NCBI RefSeq assembly: GCF_006345805.1
Contig: NC_043000.1
Coordinates: 9,052,001 to 9,116,000 of the forward strand
Length of the DNA: 64,000 nucleotides
Source: Octopus sinensis
Lineage: Eukaryota
Reading direction: 5' to 3'
A program made the translations under genes and the position numbers. The notes below the pieces were generated by a model that was given only the letters and a program-made list of their open reading frames with translations, ran no database searches and was not told the origin of the DNA. Positions 23,307-35,869 of the stretch are shown piece after piece; positions within the stretch are counted from its first letter, which is position 1; each line of letters begins with the position of its first letter.

Positions 23307-24273
23307 TCGAACGTCCCATCCGTATTTTTTGTATCGTCTTCTAAATGTTTTGCGTTCTTGTCCCAGTTTGTATTTTTTTACATATACATATATATACATA
23401 TATATATATATATACACATACATATACAGATTTCACTCACTGGATTCTGGTTATGCTGGGTCACTAGTTTTAAGGGTGTTAGTTCACCATGTCAAACCTA
23501 GTACTAATTTCAGTCAGTATTCATTTCATTATTCCTAGTCATAGAGAAAGATAAAAAGAGTGAGAGACAGACAAATTCTTTACCAAAAACCATTGTTTAG
23601 ACAGGCCAGCTAATCCAAAAAGTGTCTGCTCGATTGTCTTCCAGGTCTCTGGTGTTTACAGTAAAGTGAGAACAATAGGGAACACATGCACACACACACA
23701 TATGTAGTGCAACAAAGCTAGTTATTTGACCCATCCTGATCCGAGTCCATATCTTTGGATAGAATTAGCCAGCCCTTCTGACTTTTCCCTTCTAACAGTC
23801 AAGTGAACGAAGTCCCCTGTCTAGAAATAAATACCACAAAACTCTAACAGAGCACTGCAATTCATGACCCACAAGTGGATGAAGCAAAACTGTCTCTACC
23901 TCAGACAAAGGCAAGCCAATGACAGAGTATCTATCTGGTCCCACAACTTGCTAGAAATAGCAGCAACTACAATCTCTTGTCTAAAATACAAAGGGAAAAA
24001 CATATTGATAATGTAGTATAGATCACAGTAGAAAAAAACCCTGGTATGGTCATGAATGGAAAACCTTCAATCATCATAAGTCTACACTAACAGAGCTGAT
24101 TTGGGACTAAAACATTGGGGGAAAACAGTTAATCTGATACTGCCTCGATGCTGGTATAGGTTGGAGAAGTAAAATAAAGCTCATAAATATTGTCTTGAAT
24201 GTAGTTTAATGTTGGTTAGAGAACATTAATAGGCAATAATGTATGTAAGAGGTAGACACTTGATTCTCTATAC

Positions 24274-24474
24274 CAGTGGTTTTCAACCAGGGTTCCGCCA
24301 GTATAGTCCAGGGTTTCCGCAAGAAGTTACAAAACTGATAAAATCGGCAGTAGTTTTTAATTCTCCTGTGCAGATATGTGTGCATAAGACTATTAAATTA
24401 TTGCGCAGGGCTTCCTCGAGCCAGTGGAATGTTTCCTTGGGGTTCCGCTCCAGCAAAAAGTTTGAAAAACACTG
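24274..24474. mobile_element. hAT/Charlie-like MITE
   Basis: TIRs CAGTGGTTTTCAAC / TTTGAAAAACACTG; perfect 8-bp TSD CTCTATAC. Confidence 0.9.
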
Positions 24475-25220
24475 CTCTATACTAAAACTAAAATTTAAAA
24501 ATTTCTGAAGCCCAGAATGTCAATACCTTGCTCCATTAAGTGTAAGCCCAACTCATGTTCTAGTACCCTTAGTTCCAACCACATCCGAATTATCCTATTT
24601 TTTGAGACTAAAAGGTGTTATATGATAATGATAATTCAAGATAAAAACTACTGCTATATTATTAATAATTTTTGTACGACTAAATCTTCACAACACACTT
24701 GTTTACTAGGATGGCAGAAACAGTTTCCCTTTCACTCAGTTGTAATATGAAGGCATGAATTTTTAAAACTAAATCTAATGCCAAGCACTATTCTCTTGAT
24801 TTCTGTACACACATCCTAGGACCTTCTCTTGCAGTATAATAATGAAAGGCATATATTTACTTTCCCTCTTTCATAAATGTCATCCTGCTCTTCATAGACA
24901 TAATCTGAGAGAGGGTCCTTGGGTGGTGGTTACTACAGAATATAAAGATTTCATTTTAAACAGCTGCACCTCTTTATCATAATAGCAGAATTGTAGGGAA
25001 AGTGTTTCAGCTTTCACAATACATTGCCAATGAATAAATTGAGGTGTGCCATGTCAAAGTTTGGTAATAAAAAAATGTTAAAAATAATGAATGAACAAGT
25101 TTGGCATGTTGCAGGAAATCCAAGCCTCTGTTCATAAACATTTCCAAACAAGAAGAGAAACTGGACCCTTAGTAACTGGAAAATCGGTTCTCTTTCAGTA
25201 AAAGTAAAATTATAATTTAA

Positions 25221-25419
25221 CCCATTTGTTACCGTACTTTCAATTGAAATACACTGCCTTTGTTTTATTTCATTTTGAATATGAGGAAGAATTTAGTAAA
25301 GTAACTTTATCATATTAAGCTTGTGTTTGGACACATCAAATTTTAATTGAGATTAACCTTAAAACAGGAAGTTTGTATCATAGAATCTGGGGTGATCTCA
25401 AACAGGTTGGTATCAAAAG
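25221..25419 (+). mobile_element. piggyBac-like MITE
   Basis: TTAA|CCCATTTGTTACC...GGTATCAAAAG; the sibling at 29990-30174 ends GATATCAAAAGGG|TTAG. Confidence 0.5.
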
Positions 25420-26031
25420 TCCAGTGTGGCAGTGCTTAGCTCTGTTAAGAGCATAAACTCTGGCTCCGGAAGACTGCCAGATACAACTAACATGCTATGA
25501 TGATCTGATCCCTACTTCCAAACAAATTGGAGAATTTAACTCAGCTATATAGGGAAAGTATCTGGTCAATGGAAATTATTGATGTTCTTATTTAACAAGG
25601 ATTTGTCCACAGCAGAGTTCCATAAGTTAACTGACATGAAGAATTAAGAGTCTAATGATTCGAGATGTTACCATTTGACTGCAAGAGAAGAAAGAGACAA
25701 AGTGGTGGCGTCATTTTTGTTGTGGATAAGCATATAGGAAGGAATTTAAAGAATGATGTGGGAGTAAGGAGGAGAGTTATGTAGGAGAAGGGAGAGAGGT
25801 TGAGGCTAAGAGATATGGAGGTAAGGAGTAGGTAAGAAGACCAGAGACTTATATGATTATGTGAGAGTCAAGTGAAAGGCAGCGATGAGCAAGTTACATG
25901 AGGGAGAGAGGGGAAAGATTTGGAGAGTTATGTTAGAGAGAGGAGAAAGGAAAACTGAAGGAGTAGTGTAGGAAGAAAGGCCAAAAGACATGTGTGGAGG
26001 AGTAGAAGAAAGCCAAGACTTGTGTGGGAGA

Positions 26032-26193
26032 CAGGGCTGGCCTTAGGGTTGCTAGCACCCCGGGCAAGCTGAACTTCAGTGCCCTTACAAGTATAAATTT
26101 TTTAAAACTTTTCACAAGAAGAAAAATTGAAAATGTAAACTAAAAAGTATATGGTGCCTTGGGCAACTGCCCAGGAACCTTGAACCAGCCCTG
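26032..26193. mobile_element. hAT-superfamily MITE inserted in a purine-rich degenerate minisatellite
   Basis: TIRs CAGGGCTGG / CCAGCCCTG; perfect 8-bp TSD GTGGGAGA; host tract 25720-26260 repeats GAGAGTTATGT-like units. Confidence 0.85.
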
Positions 26194-27230
26194 GTGGGAG
26201 AGCAAGGGGAAGGCTGAGAGAGTTATGTAGGAAACAGGGGAAGAGGAAGATCAAGAGAGTTCAAATTCCTCCGAGATCAACTTTGCCTTTCATCCTTTCG
26301 GGATCGATTAAATAAGTACCAGTTATGCACTGAGGTCGGTATAATTGACTTAATCCCTTTGTCTGTCCTTGTGGGCAGTAAAGAAATAAGAATTGTGTGG
26401 CAGGGATTGGGGAATAAAATTTAACCAAGTGTGAGAGGAATGTGGTGTGTGGGGGGGGGGGGGTCAGAACAATGGCGGAGAGGAAGCTACAACTGAGTCA
26501 TGTAGAACTGGAGTGTAATTGTCCAAAATATACTACACTAAAATACCTGCAGAAGCTGTGAATGCAAGACCGCTTGAATCAAATATCACACTTAGCAGCC
26601 CATTTCCTCTTTGCCTTCCTCAGTTCGGCCAGTATGACTCAGCTTCTCCACAATTTAAAAATCCACTTACTGTTTTCCTATAACAAGAGGAATTCTTTGT
26701 CAACACAAGCACATGTTGTTAGCTGCCTTATAAACACTGCTATTATTGATCCTGTCTGTATCTATGTCTTCTTCCAAGCTATCTAGTTGGTATAGCTCAC
26801 AAACATCTTTTACAGAAGATTAAGAATTCGATGCATATTGTCATACAATTCACATTACAAACATAAATAAAAGCAGCATTAGTATCCGTTGTGCATATGG
26901 CTAGTCAAGTTACTAATACTGAAATAAAGCTTTTAAAAAATTACAGCAGAAAGCCTAAAAATATTTTAATTATTTTGTGCCCGATGCAGACTGTAAGGTC
27001 CTAAGCTTGTTTGGCTTATCCTTAAATCTGACACTGATTGCTTTTATTTTAATTCTTTTGCTAGTTTCAGTCACTGGTCTGCAGCCATGCTGGAGCACCC
27101 ACTTTTAAATAATTTAGCCAATCATACAAACCATTTACTTGACCATACTGATAGAACTTATCCTTATTTTAACAAGCACTATTTATTGTACTGCTAAGTT
27201 ACAAAACACAAACAAACCTAAACACTCATG

Positions 27231-27261
<31 letters not shown>

Positions 27262-28919
27262 GGCTTCTGCAGAGTTTCTGCCTACCAAATTAAACTTACA
27301 ACGCTACATAGAAAACATTTGCCCAAGGTACTATGCTGTGGGACTGAACCTGAAACCACATGGTAGAGAAGCAACCTTCTTAACCATACCTGTGCCTAAA
27401 CTAAACAAAGATATTTAGATAGTAACTTTTGTTATTTAGCTATAAGTCAACCTCACCAGAGCAAACATACAATAAAAGATATTCCATGCAGTGGGACTGA
27501 ACCTGGAACCATATGGTTGGAAAGCAAACTTCTTACCACACAGACACACGACCACATCCTTCAACACAAGACATATTAATCCCCTTCAACAGCACCTAGA
27601 CACAATAGCGATATATGTTCAATCTAGACTTCTGTTGGTTGACACCTGTTGAAAACACTTGGTCAAAGAGACAATTCAAAGATGCTTCATTCTTGGGACA
27701 AGTAGTGATTACATAAAGTGATTCACACAAGGATTGGTGAAGGGAAAGCAGAAAACAAGGCAAAGAGAAGAAGCAGCCAATCTATGACCTGGTCACAAGT
27801 GACCTTCAGGATTTGATGTGGAATGCATGTTTAATAGTCACTCTGTCCCATATACATGAGCAATACTCACATGTCAGACATATTTCATTTTTTGTAGAAG
27901 CAGCATCTTAATGAAAGCTAAGATACTTTCTTGCCCAAGACAGAGAAATAGATAGCCTAGACTTTGGAATATTTTTTTCCACAAGTAATTCTTGTGTATG
28001 TGAACTCACAGTGATGGATCCTTAGAGACTGAGATAGCTAGCATTAGTCACAAAGGGTTTTAATTTCATAGTTCATGTATTGAAAGTATATGGATTTGTT
28101 TGTCACCAGTTAAGACGGTCTGCCAAGGTCAAGATTGGTGCCCTATTAAAATATTTTAAATGAAATCTTGAGATGAATTCACAGCATGGAGTAATCGTCC
28201 CCCCCCCCCGCCATCTCCATATATAGCTATAACTGTGAATATATCTAAATTATAATAGCCAGCAGGCTTTCAACAATAAATACCGTATACTAAACAGTAC
28301 ATACAAGAAACCCACCAATTCCCCTGTATTTGAAAGTAAAACCTCTCTCCATTAATCTCACACAATTATATAGGTTGACCTTTTCTAGCTGTCAAAAGCA
28401 ACTATGACCTACCTTCATCCCAATCCCATCTCGTTAGAAATTCTGATTGTTAAAACTTACAATCTCGGCTGTTATCTACAAAACTATAAAGTATAATTTA
28501 CTCGACCACATAGAAATACTGAGAGAAAGAGTGTGTGTGTGTACACGCGCGCGCGTATGATTAAAATGAAAATGTTGCCGGAGGTCAATTGTCTCAAACT
28601 GAAGAGAATCTACAAAAGTTTCAATAAGTAATTTAATTATTTAATTAATTATAAACAGTGATTACTTTCGAAAATATTTTTTAGACAAATGTATGTAATC
28701 CGTGTGTTCAGGATTAACGGATTATAAAGAAAATAAAAGCTCGTATACTGAGTCATACTATATTGTTAGTAAAAGGAGGGGTAGGAATTCATAATTCAGC
28801 TCAAATGAATAAGTAGGGAAGCCCGACGAAAGTTGGGACTTGATTTGAAGGGAAGTAAATTTAACAAACAAGAACAAAAACGCAAAATATGATTGTAACC
28901 TATTTTCTTCATATCTATT

Positions 28920-28955
<36 letters not shown>

Positions 28956-31359
28956 TAAATGAGGGTGAAAAATTAGATATTAATTTAATAATACTATCAG
29001 TTTAACACCAAGTGGTTTTATATATATATATGTGTGTGTGTGTGTATGTATAAAGAATAAAGAATACACACACACACGAGTGGCTGTGTGATAAGAAGCT
29101 TGCTTCCTAACTACATGGTTCCAGGTTCAGTCCCACTGCATGGCACCTTGGGTAAGTGTACTGGGCAAAGCCTTGTGAGTGAATTTGAAAGAAGCTGCAC
29201 TACCACCATCACCATCGTCGCTTGACGACCGATGTTTACGTCCTGGTCACTTGGCCGTTCGGCAATAAGTTCTGGGGTCGATGGCCGCAGTCAGATACAC
29301 TTTATTGATTGATTGCTTTTATGTCAAGTTCGATATGAAAGCAGTTTAACATTAAACTGAAAGATTACTCGCTACTTTTTAGTTGTGTTTAAATCTTTTA
29401 AAAGGAAACGGTCCTGTGACTTCGAAGTCTCGCTTATATTACTAAAATATGTCTTAAACATACATAGAAATATACATCTTGATTATAGGAATGTTTATGT
29501 ATGGCTGGACAATGCAATGAACAGATTTAAAATAGATGATTATTTTTTTAGAGCGCAAAAAGTAATCAAATGAATTTAAAATTCTGGGAATAATCTTTTT
29601 TTAAATATATATCAAAATATTCTCGGTTTATTAATAAGGACCATAAAAACACACGTGTTATTATAAACGTTGTAAAACAATTATCTATGGGTGTGCAACA
29701 AAACACAATTAGTGTTGGAGAAAGTACCTTGCGGTATTTAGTTGCGGCCCTTTATGTTCCGAGTTCAATTCCTGTCAAGGTCAACTTTACCTTTTATCCA
29801 TCCGGAAGTCGATTGAATATAATACCAGACAAGAACTAGGGTCGATATATTTGTAAACTAAATTCAACTGTTCATTTCCTTAAAATGAGAGGCCTTTTGC
29901 TTAGGTTAGAAATCGATGTAATTTTGCTCTTTTTGAAACTCCATTTTCTTATTAATATTTACGAGAATTACAAAACAATTTTTACATACAGTTAGCATAT
30001 TCCTCTTGAAATACACTTCCTTTGTTTCAGATAATTTTCTAAGTGAAGAATTTAGTAAAATAACTTCATAATTATTGATCTAATATTTGGAACTTAAATT
30101 AACAATAAATTTTAGTGGAAGATGGAGCTTGTTCGGAGCTTAGGACGGTCTCAGGTTCGATGATATCAAAAGGGTTAGGAATAATAAAACACAGAATAAG
30201 CATAGAAACTTGGTCTTAGAAGAAGAATAAGAAGACATCAACAGCCTGACAAAGGTTGTTTAATATAGATGAGTCATAAAAATAGCTATAACAAACAATC
30301 ACAGAAAAATGTTCACAGTATGGCAAAAACATTGAGATTTAACAAGCCTCAGCGTGATGCTCGATCTGTTAGAAATAGCAGCTAAGTTGAAAATTAAAAT
30401 CAACGTATTCCGAGATGACCCTAATACACGGAATGTTTAATGCCTTTCGTCACAGGTTACTTACTCAATCAGGGCCGACCTAGGGTTAAACAACAACAAC
30501 ACTGACATTTAAGGTTGAGGGGAACAATTCGCAATCCTACATTTAGACACCAAAATACAAAACAAGAACAATAATAATCAGAATAAAAACAAACCAAGTA
30601 CAAATAGTTAAACTAGGAAAATTATGGACGTTTCTATTTCGACAGAAAAAAAAGGTGAAAACATAAATAAAAACGTAAAGCAATTTTGTTTTTCGTTTGC
30701 TGTTAAATTGTCTTCTTTTCTGGTGTCCGCGAAATGGAATTGTTTACAAACCATGGAAACGGCGAGAACATTTATTACTCTTAACTACCAGACACACACA
30801 CTTTGCAGTTTTAGGCCAAAATAAAATCGCCAGAAAGCAAAACCACCCCACAATGATCTTTACATATTAATCCTAATGTAGATGCTAAACAATGTAGGTT
30901 ATTTCAATCAAACTATACATATATACACATATATACATTGATATACACACACACGATTCTGAGTTCCTATTTCAGTTTAATTCCCAAAGAGACTTCCATT
31001 TCTGGTTCGTTATTTATTGCATGGACTTTGATTTATATTATGAATAATTACCGAGATGAGATGAAGCAGGTTTAATTATGAATGATCATTGATTCATTAC
31101 CACCAACATCCTATTTTATACATGTGTCTCTTCTCTCTCTCTCTCTAAACACACTAATTACTTCTGTCTGCATCGAAACTAAATCTTGACAGTGAAAGAA
31201 ACAGAGATATTTTCCGATCTGTTTTGAAATATTCAGTAAACGGACGAACAGAAATACAAGATATCCATAATAGTGTGTTTGAAGCTTTACAACATTTAAT
31301 GAACAAACACGAAATTCCATAACAGATGTGGAAGCTAGGCTTGGAACGTAGGGTATGCA

Positions 31360-31405
<46 letters not shown>

Positions 31406-31645
31406 CACACACACACACACACTCACGGAATAGAAAACACTCAAGCTTAAATGCAGATCCCATATTTCTCCAATAAACAACATGACACGTTTAGCCATGT
31501 AGATTAGATAAGAGACATGTGGGGTCACACATCGAACATACAATACATAAATATAAGTCCCTAGGCATATGTATGTATATATGTGTGTGTGTGTATAAAT
31601 ATACACACATGTATATGTCATATATTCATACATACTTTGTGTTTA

Positions 31646-31680
<35 letters not shown>

Positions 31681-31772
31681 GACCGGAGTAAACACATAAA
31701 TGTGAAACAAGGTGGAAAAAAGAGTACTCAAATACCAGTGGTAGAGTATATATATATATATATATTAGGGTG

Positions 31773-32576
31773 AGGGTTAATACAGTTTCGCACATCTTGA
31801 AAAATACATATTTTTTTAAAAAATCTTTTCGGATTCCTACGTTTTAGATGTCGGAGATTACGAATATACAAAAATTACTCTTATTTTTTAATTTCACTCC
31901 ATACCTCTCAAGCATCTGCAAACCAAAATTAAATACATTAAAGTGAAAAGAATTTGCGTTTTACATGTTTTTGCCTTAAATAATCGTAAATAATAATTTA
32001 ATGTCAATTAAATAAATATACACCATTTTAAGAGAAACAAGCAATGTTTAATAATTTATGTTATAAAGTTAAATAAGGGGCTCAAATTTCACTCCCTCCC
32101 TAAATTTTAATTTTGAACTTTTTCATCCATTTATTTATATATCTATCTATCTATTTATCCCTGTTCGTTTATTTATAAAATATATTTTGTCAACTAAATG
32201 TGGAGGTCCTATACAAGACGGTGTTGTTTTGAGCCCCAGGAAGACATTCGTATCTCTTGATACACAATATCTATTTGCTTTTGAATGAACAATTTTGAAA
32301 ATGTGGTTTGTTGCATATTCGGAATCTCTCTCATCTAAAACATTGGGAAAGAAAAATTTCGAAAAAGTTCTAAATTTTAAAGGGACGTTGAAATAAATGG
32401 GGTTTTTTTTCCCTCTTGCATATTCGAAATCTCCGACACCCAAAACATAGGAATCTGAAAAAAAAATGTTTTCAAAAAAAAAACAATGCATTTTTCAATG
32501 AGAGGTGCAAAACTGCATTAAAATTTTTTCAAAAAAATGCATTTTTCAAGGAAATGTGCTAAACTGCTTTAGCCCC
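31773..32576. mobile_element. Non-autonomous DNA transposon with ~100-bp imperfect TIRs (Kolobok-like termini, uncertain)
   Basis: AGGGTTAATACAGTTTCGCACAT..CTTGAAAAATACAT vs the reverse complement of ATGCATTTTTCAAG..ATGTGCTAAACTGCTTTAGCCCC; inner GATTCCTACG..GTCGGAGATTACGAATAT is mirrored at 32420-32460. Confidence 0.7.
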
Positions 32577-32695
32577 TTAGATAAAATAAACAGTTATGTA
32601 TGTGTTATAAGTCCGCACCAAAAAAAATAGAGAGAAAGAATATTTTTTTTTAATATTTTCGCAAATGAAGTAAAAAAAAAAAAAAATTTTTTTTT

Positions 32696-33401
32696 GGCAA
32701 TCAATCGTTTTCAGTCTCAGAAATGCCATTATCTTCGTTACTTTCCGTGAAAAATGTTTATCCAATCAGAAAACAGGATTTGAAAGCACGTGTTGTCAAC
32801 TGTAAACACTCGTATCGAAGTGGAAGAGGCAGACGGATGAGAGGTTCTAACTCTTGTATCAGTGTAAATCTTGTATATATTTATGTATAATTGGATATAC
32901 ATTAAGAAAGCCAAGTTTAACACATTAAACCAACGCTTTTATTATCTGCATTAACGCCGCCCACTCACAAATGCACGATAACAATAAACAGAGTCGCGTT
33001 TTATAATGTGCGAGTTGTGCAGGCGATGCATGTATTTATAATTGGAAATGCATTAAGAAAGATAACTTTAATATTCAATCAACGCGGAACAGCATTAACG
33101 CCTCCCACTCACACATGCACCATAATAAAAACTGTCGCATTTTATAATGTGCGAGTTATGTAATGCATGCATTTTTGTGCTGCATGTATGCGGCGAGGTT
33201 TCGTTCTTACCTGCTTCATTTGTGTATGGAAAATCCGTGTGCGAGTGAATAAAAATACATAAACCGAAACACGGACACCCATTTAGCTTTCCCTTCCACT
33301 TGGACACGTCAAAAGTAAATAAATAAAAACTTTTCACGGAAACTAACGAACAGATGACAAGTGGCGAATGGCATTTCTGAGACTCAAAACGTTTGATTGC
33401 C
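32696..33401. mobile_element. MITE with ~65-75 bp TIRs (GGCAATCAA..., Merlin-like) and internal ~150-bp tandem duplication
   Basis: GGCAATCAATCGTTTTCAGTCTCAGAAATGCCATT is mirrored by AATGGCATTTCTGAGACTCAAAACGTTTGATTGCC; the unit TATAATTGGA..CATTAAGAAAG..GCATTAACGCC..TTTTATAATGTGCGAGTT occurs twice (about 32885-33175). Confidence 0.75.
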
Positions 33402-33558
33402 ATTTTTTGTTTTTGTCAAAGGTTCTTTATTAATTTTATTACTTCCGTTTTTTTTAATATAATTTTTATTGTGTTAATTACTCATGGCATAACATATGTA
33501 TCATTACAAAACCAAATTATGACACAAAATTAACACCCACTAAAAACAAAACAAGAAC

Positions 33559-33596
<38 letters not shown>

Positions 33597-33976
33597 TATA
33601 CACACACATTGCGAGACGTGATATACTTTTCTAAAGGTTAAGGTATTTTGTTTTATACTGGTGCGTGATTAAAACTGCAAATATAAATCTTAATCATGTT
33701 CTAAATATTGTAGATGGATGGTACCGCAGAAAATACGAAGAAAGGTACAAGAGAGGGAGATTGAAAGGGGTTTGGCAGGAAAAGGGAACGTCTAAATAAA
33801 TTCATATCCATGTGATGAATTAGAAGTAACATTTGATATAATTAAAGCAAAAAGAAACAAGGTAATCTAAATTAAAACTATTAAGAGCTATGATTACGGC
33901 AATAACGACCCCCTCCAACATACAAAGAAATATACAGAGAGAGAGAGAGAAATGTGTATATAAATACAAAACTTAC

Positions 33977-34060
33977 CCAAAATAGAAAGTTGAGCGAAAA
34001 TAAGGTATATTTTATAAACATACTAATTTCATTTCGACTCCAGTAGTTTCTCCGAGACAT
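33977..34060 (-). CDS. Tetraspanin (TspanC8 subgroup, TSPAN5/14/17/33-like), first coding exon
   Basis: CAGCC-ATG start; 28 codons MSRRNYWSRNEISMFIKYTLFSLNFLFW match the tetraspanin N-terminus/TM1 signature (KYxLFxxNxxFW); phase-0 donor GTAAGT directly after the Trp codon, the usual intron position in this family. Too short for the ORF track. Confidence 0.88.
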
Positions 34061-34174
34061 GGCTGGGAAAAATAATGGGGAGAGAGAAAAAAAAAGGTTC
34101 GGGCCGATTGATAAAACGGCGTCACTTCTACGTTAGTGACGACAGAATTCAGCAGCCGCTCTTAGTACTGGTGG

Positions 34175-34244
34175 AGTAGTAGTAATAGTAGTAGTAGTGG
34201 GAATTACGCCTGTAGTAGTAGTAGTAGTGGGAATTATGCCAGTC

Positions 34245-34278
<34 letters not shown>

Positions 34279-34422
34279 CAGTAATAATAACTGTGCTAGT
34301 AAGTAGCTGCAGTAATAATAATACTACAACCAATAACAGTAGTAGTAATATTCGTTTCTTTATTTTTCTTATTCCATTTGTTAGCAATAAAAATACTAGT
34401 AGTAGTAGTAGTAACAGCAGCA
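34175..34422. repeat. Interrupted (AGT)n/(AAT)n tract upstream of the tetraspanin ATG (possible 5' UTR)
   Basis: Visible trinucleotide runs with duplicated GTGGGAATTA spacer; transcription start not determinable. Confidence 0.6.
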
Positions 34423-34906
34423 GCGTTTACAATACACCAAGGTGCGTGTATCTATGCGATTATATGTGTGAGTGTGCGTCACGTATACAGATATAGATAT
34501 AGATATATATATTTATGTGTGTGTGTGTGACTTTGCTAATCGCCTCGTTGGTTCTTCATGCTGTTGCCGTTGTTATTTTACTGAGCATGAGAGAATTCCT
34601 GCTCTCTTATCATCTTTCTCACGGTGTGGCCTACATACTCACCTATCGAAGACACGAAATGAGAAATAATGGAAAATGAAACACTACTTTCTCACACAAC
34701 TATACGTAATTATATTTATATATACGTATGTATGTATGTATATTTGTGTGTAATTACATACATGTATATATTCCCATCATGTATATATATATAAATATAT
34801 ATGATGTACTAATATATGTATGTATATATGTACATATAATTCTAGCCTATGTATTGAGTACATTTTGTTCTTTATACATCCCAATGAATGTATCGTGCAT
34901 ATACAT

Positions 34907-34977
<71 letters not shown>

Positions 34978-34982
34978 CACAT

Positions 34983-35053
<71 letters not shown>

Positions 35054-35869
35054 GTGAGAGAAAGGGACACAGAAAATGAGTGAGATACAAATCAAAAATG
35101 AAGCTAATATAGATGCGTTTGTGTGTATATAGAACAGTACGGAGAAGGAATGTGTACAATGAGAGAGAGAGAGAATAGTGAAATCTGAGAGTGAGCAGGG
35201 AGAGGGAGGGAAGCAAAGAGAGACGGCTGAGAGTTAGCAGAGAGAGAGAGAGAGAGAGGGGGCAAAGAGTGAGTGAGCAGATTGGGGACAAAGAAGGTGA
35301 GAGAAAAGGAAGGAGAAATGAAGAAGAGAGTGAGACAGAGATGAAATATGTAGGAAGAGGAGAGGATTGAGGAACAGTTATAAACATTAAAGCAAAGATG
35401 AAAGGCAAAAGATAAAAGGTGAGAGAAAGGAAGAACGAGGAGGAGAGGATGATGACAGGTGGAGAAGTAGACAGGGAAGATGTAGAAATTATGAAAGAGA
35501 AATAAGAGACAGAGAAGAGAGAAAAACATGCGTTTTTTATGGAAAAGAAAGTAAAAATATGAAATGCAAGTGGATTAAAATCATAGAAGAGAAGGTTATC
35601 GCTATTCATAGACATATAATACACACACACACACATATATATCTATATATTTAAATATACATTGATTTCATAACGAACGAACGTTTGATTCAAAACACGC
35701 CGGGTGGTAGTACTTCTAAAGCGGACATATACCCCTTTCATTGTATCCAAATAATCATTGCTCTGCTGTGGACCCGGCGATATTTATGGACTTTATACCT
35801 ATTGCGGTATTCTTGTGGGATAGAGTCGGAATTTACCTACTGCACCAAAATCTTACATTTTTTTTTTTA

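Larger units (their letters stand above)
22762..23393. mobile_element. Penelope-like inverted terminal-repeat pair (~255-bp arms, ~120-bp loop) beside (TA)n
   Basis: 22762-23017 is the reverse complement of 23138-23393 with scattered substitutions; each arm carries a permuted hammerhead-like motif. PLE assignment is inferred; no ORF seen. Confidence 0.75.

Noticed and set aside
33206-33219. Alternative mini first exon ATG AAG CAG|GTAAGA on the minus strand
   Set aside because: Lies inside a MITE, weak start context, no supporting homology.
34728-35636. Long ORFs rich in YI, HT, VC, SL (also 50306-50869, 59797-60233 and many others)
   Set aside because: Dinucleotide microsatellites and purine tracts lacking stops by composition.
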